A DNA stretch of 29,398 nt, taken from assembly GCA_018969805.1 (NCBI GenBank), contig JAGWXQ010000001.1:1-29398 (forward strand). Reading direction: 5' to 3'. This DNA is from Paenibacillaceae bacterium (GTDB lineage Bacteria; Bacillota; Bacilli; Paenibacillales; YIM-B00363). Of this stretch, positions 26,230-29,398 are shown piece after piece. Numbering within the stretch: the first letter of the stretch is position 1; each line of letters opens with the position of its first letter. The notes under the pieces are model-generated. The model made no database searches. It saw only the letters and a list, made by a program, of their open reading frames with translations, and was not told where the DNA came from. The position numbers and the translations under genes were made by a program.

Positions 26230-27546
26230 TCACAATGCCGCATCAAACGCATATGCACCGATCGTACGCGGGCGCACAGCAGCGGGCAACTGCGCGAATA
26301 CCGCTTCTTGCCACGAATGTTCGATCCACACGGTTTCTGCAGTCGGTGTCCTCCAGTATTCGTGCAACGCCCCGAGCACGATCGCATGCGCATGCGCCTC
26401 ACCGTGGTGCACTGTGAGCGTTTGCTCCGTCGCTTTTACCGTTTGCCCCTCCGTTTTTACCGTTTGCCCCTCCGTTTTGGTTGCGCGTAGTCCGTAGTGC
26501 GCAAGCCGCACACGCGCCGTCTCCTCTTCCGCACATACTGCAGCACGAAGGCGACGAATATCGATGTCGTGCGCCACAAGCAACCGTATCGCCGCATCGA
26601 CAGCATACCCGCTTGCAAAAACGATGCACTGCGCCTCCAGCAACCGCGAGACGCACGTCGGCTCATCCGGCAACGCACACGCGCGCAACAACGGACGCAC
26701 GGTGACCGCAGCACCAAGAAATGCCGCCTCAGGCAACGGGTCATCAGCAAACCAATCGTCGGCAAACCGATCATCGTCGCACAGCTGCACAACCGTCTGC
26801 CCATGCAGCGGCAATTGCTCGGCCCACGCCAAGTGCGCGCGCAGACGGACGATGTCCCCGATAACAATAATCGCCGGTGCGCGCACGTGCACCGCCACTT
26901 CCGCAGCCGTCGCAAGCTGCGCCACCGTCGTGTGCTGCATCGGTGTGGCTGCAGCATGGATCAACGCGACGGGCGTATCTGGTCGTTTGCCAGACTGCAT
27001 CAGCGCATTGGCGATGGATTCCATCGCCGCCAGCCCCATATAAATCACGAGCGTCTCCACGTGGGCGTATGCAGCCCAATCGATCGGTCCATGCGGATGA
27101 CAGCGATTTCCCGTGACCACAGCAAACGATGCATTGTAGTCTCTGTGCGTCAGCGGAATGCCCGCATACGCACCCGCTGCCATCGCCGCACTGACCCCCG
27201 GGACGATGACGTACGGAACGCCTGCTGCACGACACGCCTGTGCTTCTTCCCCGACACGCCCAAACACACTCGGGTCGCCCCCTTTGAGGCGTACGACAAA
27301 GTGCCCCCGTTGCGCTTCAGAAATGAGACACGCATTAATTTCTGCCTGCTTCATCGTATGAACATGGGGCTCTTTGCCACAGTAAATGCGCCGCGCCCCC
27401 GTTTTTGCAAACGAAAGTACGTGCGATCCGGCAAGCCGATCGTAGACGACGACATCCGCTTCGCGCAACAACTGCCTGCCCCGCACCGTAATGAGCGACG
27501 CATCCCCTGGTCCTGCACCGACAAACGCTACCCAACCTGGCCGCAT
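26230..27546 (-). CDS. cobA: Uroporphyrinogen-III C-methyltransferase fused to a short, divergent HemD-like tail
   Basis: VAFVGAGPGD, DVVVYDRL, VVRLKGGDPSVFGRVGEE, VPGVSAA, IPLTHRD, LVIYMG. After PLHGQTVV the ~185-aa tail is only weakly HemD-like. Confidence 0.85.
   Translation of the reverse strand: MRPGWVAFVGAGPGDASLITVRGRQLLREADVVVYDRLAGSHVLSFAKTGARRIYCGKEPHVHTMKQAEINACLISEAQRGHFVVRLKGGDPSVFGRVGEEAQACRAAGVPYVIVPGVSAAMAAGAYAGIPLTHRDYNASFAVVTGNRCHPHGPIDWAAYAHVETLVIYMGLAAMESIANALMQSGKRPDTPVALIHAAATPMQHTTVAQLATAAEVAVHVRAPAIIVIGDIVRLRAHLAWAEQLPLHGQTVVQLCDDDRFADDWFADDPLPEAAFLGAAVTVRPLLRACALPDEPTCVSRLLEAQCIVFASGYAVDAAIRLLVAHDIDIRRLRAAVCAEEETARVRLAHYGLRATKTEGQTVKTEGQTVKATEQTLTVHHGEAHAHAIVLGALHEYWRTPTAETVWIEHSWQEAVFAQLPAAVRPRTIGAYAFDAAL
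26434..26478. repeat. Perfect in-frame 21-nt tandem duplication (KTEGQTV x2) in the cobA tail
   Basis: TTTTACCGTTTGCCCCTCCGT at 26434-26454 and 26455-26475, plus a partial third unit. Confidence 0.95.
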
Positions 27547-27566
27547 CGCTCTCCCACTTTCCGCAA

Positions 27567-28322
27567 TTACCCCGCTGCTTTTGCACACACGGAGTCGATT
27601 TTTGACCACAACCACTGCACAAACATCGGTTCATCGGCAAACGGTGTCGCACAATACTGATGCGCAATATGCGTCAGCATCGACGGAATTTTTGTAGACA
27701 AAAAATACCCTGGACAAATAAACAGCGGCATCACCGTCAAATCGCGCCGTTTTGCCAACGCACGTGCGCGCTCTGTCACATTTGCGGGATGCAGCGTCGC
27801 CATCGACACCGCACAAAGCGGGTACGCAGTACGCACGACACGAATAAGCGCATGCATACACGCTTCCCATCGTTGCTGAAACACCGGCACATCACTTCCA
27901 TGCCCGACCAACAACACCGCATCGTCCGCACCGAGTGCAGGCAATTGCGCAACGCGCTGCCGGACGAGTGCAGCCAAAACGCCTTCTTCAAAAAGCGGTT
28001 CGTGCCATACGATGTGCGCATCGTGCGAAATGCGCACAATGTCCGAATCGATCTCCAAAGCCGGTACGACACCGAGCGCATACTGTATTTCATGCACATG
28101 CGTACTGCCCGTCGTCACAAACAAGGGAATGACATGCATCCGATCGACACCACGCTGACACAACGCAAAAACGCCATCGGCGATCGAACGATCAGGCACC
28201 CCTTCCAAAAACCCAATCGCATAAGGGATTGAAAACGATTTGTTTGCGAACATGCGATCGATCGACTGTACCCACTCTGATCGCTGTGAACCGTGGGCAA
28301 TGATGAGCACACCATCGTTCAT
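27567..28322 (-). CDS. Sirohydrochlorin chelatase (SirB/CbiX family)
   Basis: VLIIAHGS, AIGFLE, VIPLFVTTGSTH, and a second half-domain LLVGHGS...VMPLFICPGYF; ATGA overlap with cysI. Confidence 0.85.
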   Translation of the reverse strand: MNDGVLIIAHGSQRSEWVQSIDRMFANKSFSIPYAIGFLEGVPDRSIADGVFALCQRGVDRMHVIPLFVTTGSTHVHEIQYALGVVPALEIDSDIVRISHDAHIVWHEPLFEEGVLAALVRQRVAQLPALGADDAVLLVGHGSDVPVFQQRWEACMHALIRVVRTAYPLCAVSMATLHPANVTERARALAKRRDLTVMPLFICPGYFLSTKIPSMLTHIAHQYCATPFADEPMFVQWLWSKIDSVCAKAAG

Positions 28323-29398
28323 TGGTGAAACGCCCGCCCATCTGTGACTTCCGGAACGTGCCCCTTCCGAACAACAAAATCGCCGAACGGCTCGCCCTCC
28401 ATTCGCTCCTGCGCATACGATGCAAGCAACGGTCGCAACAGCGAGACGATGTCTGCCTCCGCCACTTGCTCCCGATACAGTACGTTTAGTCTACGCCCTG
28501 CACAATCCCCGCCAAGATATACGTTGTATTTACCAACCGCACGGCCAGTAAATGCAATTTCTGCCAAAAACGGGCGCGCGCATCCGTTTGGACAACCGGT
28601 CATCCGCGTCACGATCGGCACATCGGCAAGTCCGAGCTCTGCCATCAACGCCTCAATGCGCGTCAGTACGTGCGGCATCGCCCGCTCCGACTCCGCCATC
28701 GCAAGACCACACGTCGGCAACGCGACACACGCAATCGAATGCATGCGCAACGGTGTCACAGACTGCGCAACACCATACTCCGTGAGCAACGCCTCCACGC
28801 GTTCCCGATCCGCAATGCGCCCAATCACAACGTTTTGGTTCGGTGTCAAGCGGAAGTCGCCTGTGTGCTCCTGCGCGATCGCCCGCAAACACGACATCGT
28901 GCGCACCGCATCGTCGTCACAAATGCGGCCATTTTCAACAAACACAGTATAATACCATAACCCATCTGTGCCTTGAATCCATCCGTATCGATCGGCATTG
29001 TGCGCAAACGCATACGGCTTCGGTGCCTCAAGCACACGCCCCCCCATACGCACGCTAAGCTCCTGCACAAACCAATCCAAACCAAGCCGATCAATCGTAT
29101 ACTTCATGCGCGCTACTTTACGTTCTGCTCGATGTCCATAATCACGCTGTATCGCAATGACGTGCCACGCAATATCGTGGACGCACTCCGGTGTCACAAA
29201 CCCAATGCACTTTGCAAGCTGCGGATACGTCCTCTGATCGCCATACGACATGCCCATGCCCCCGCCAACGACGACGTTGTACCCAATGAGTGCACCGTCT
29301 TGCTGGATTGCGATGAATCCAAGGTCTTGCGAAAAAACATCAATGTCGTTTGTCGGGGGCACACAAAATCCGATCTTAAACTTCCGCGGCAAATAATA
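28319..29398 (-). CDS. cysI: Assimilatory sulfite reductase hemoprotein subunit, C-terminal part (start lies beyond the right edge)
   Basis: YYLPRKFKI, QDLGFIA, GGGMG, RMKYTIDRLG, FRLTPNQN, siroheme/4Fe-4S ligands CVALPTC and GCPNGCARP. Confidence 0.93.
   Translation of the reverse strand, partial: YYLPRKFKIGFCVPPTNDIDVFSQDLGFIAIQQDGALIGYNVVVGGGMGMSYGDQRTYPQLAKCIGFVTPECVHDIAWHVIAIQRDYGHRAERKVARMKYTIDRLGLDWFVQELSVRMGGRVLEAPKPYAFAHNADRYGWIQGTDGLWYYTVFVENGRICDDDAVRTMSCLRAIAQEHTGDFRLTPNQNVVIGRIADRERVEALLTEYGVAQSVTPLRMHSIACVALPTCGLAMAESERAMPHVLTRIEALMAELGLADVPIVTRMTGCPNGCARPFLAEIAFTGRAVGKYNVYLGGDCAGRRLNVLYREQVAEADIVSLLRPLLASYAQERMEGEPFGDFVVRKGHVPEVTDGRAFHQ

Noticed and set aside
1-29398. CRISPR array, rRNA, and the many long Arg/Cys-rich overlapping ORFs
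   Set aside because: No repeat-spacer periodicity or rRNA-like sequence seen; the overlapping ORFs are alternative-frame or antisense shadows expected in GC-rich coding DNA.

Overview
A compact, GC-rich chromosomal window from a Bacillota genome; gene content and order suggest Paenibacillaceae (inference). It holds housekeeping genes: corA (partial, running off the left edge and missing from the ORF track), metA-metI-mqnC, a truncated ytxC-like ORF, an Lrp/AsnC regulator plus aminotransferase, an NDUFA9-like SDR, mutS2, a holin-family membrane protein, zapA, pheST, purU, nfo, DUF2621 and clpP. It also has three solitary tRNAs (Gly-CCC, Leu-CAG, Arg-CCG) and a sulfate-assimilation/siroheme operon (cysI partial, chelatase, cobA, cysH, sat, cysC, hemD, sirC). 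Five things are not explained by this annotation. (1) A ~100-nt element with terminal inverted repeats and nested stems occurs twice, in the same orientation, just upstream of pheS (where no T-box is visible) and of purU. (2) A self-contained promoter-RBS-ORF-terminator unit, too short for the ORF track, encodes a 53-aa signal-peptide precursor with a Ser-rich 20-aa tail. (3) A 638-aa AT-rich orphan ORF has a signal peptide and Gly/Ala-rich hydrophobic helices. (4) An intact IS630-like HTH-only gene lies downstream of tRNA-Leu with its own terminator. (5) A 27-aa membrane peptide ORF heads the Lrp-aminotransferase operon. All calls are by eye; no database search or folding calculation was run.
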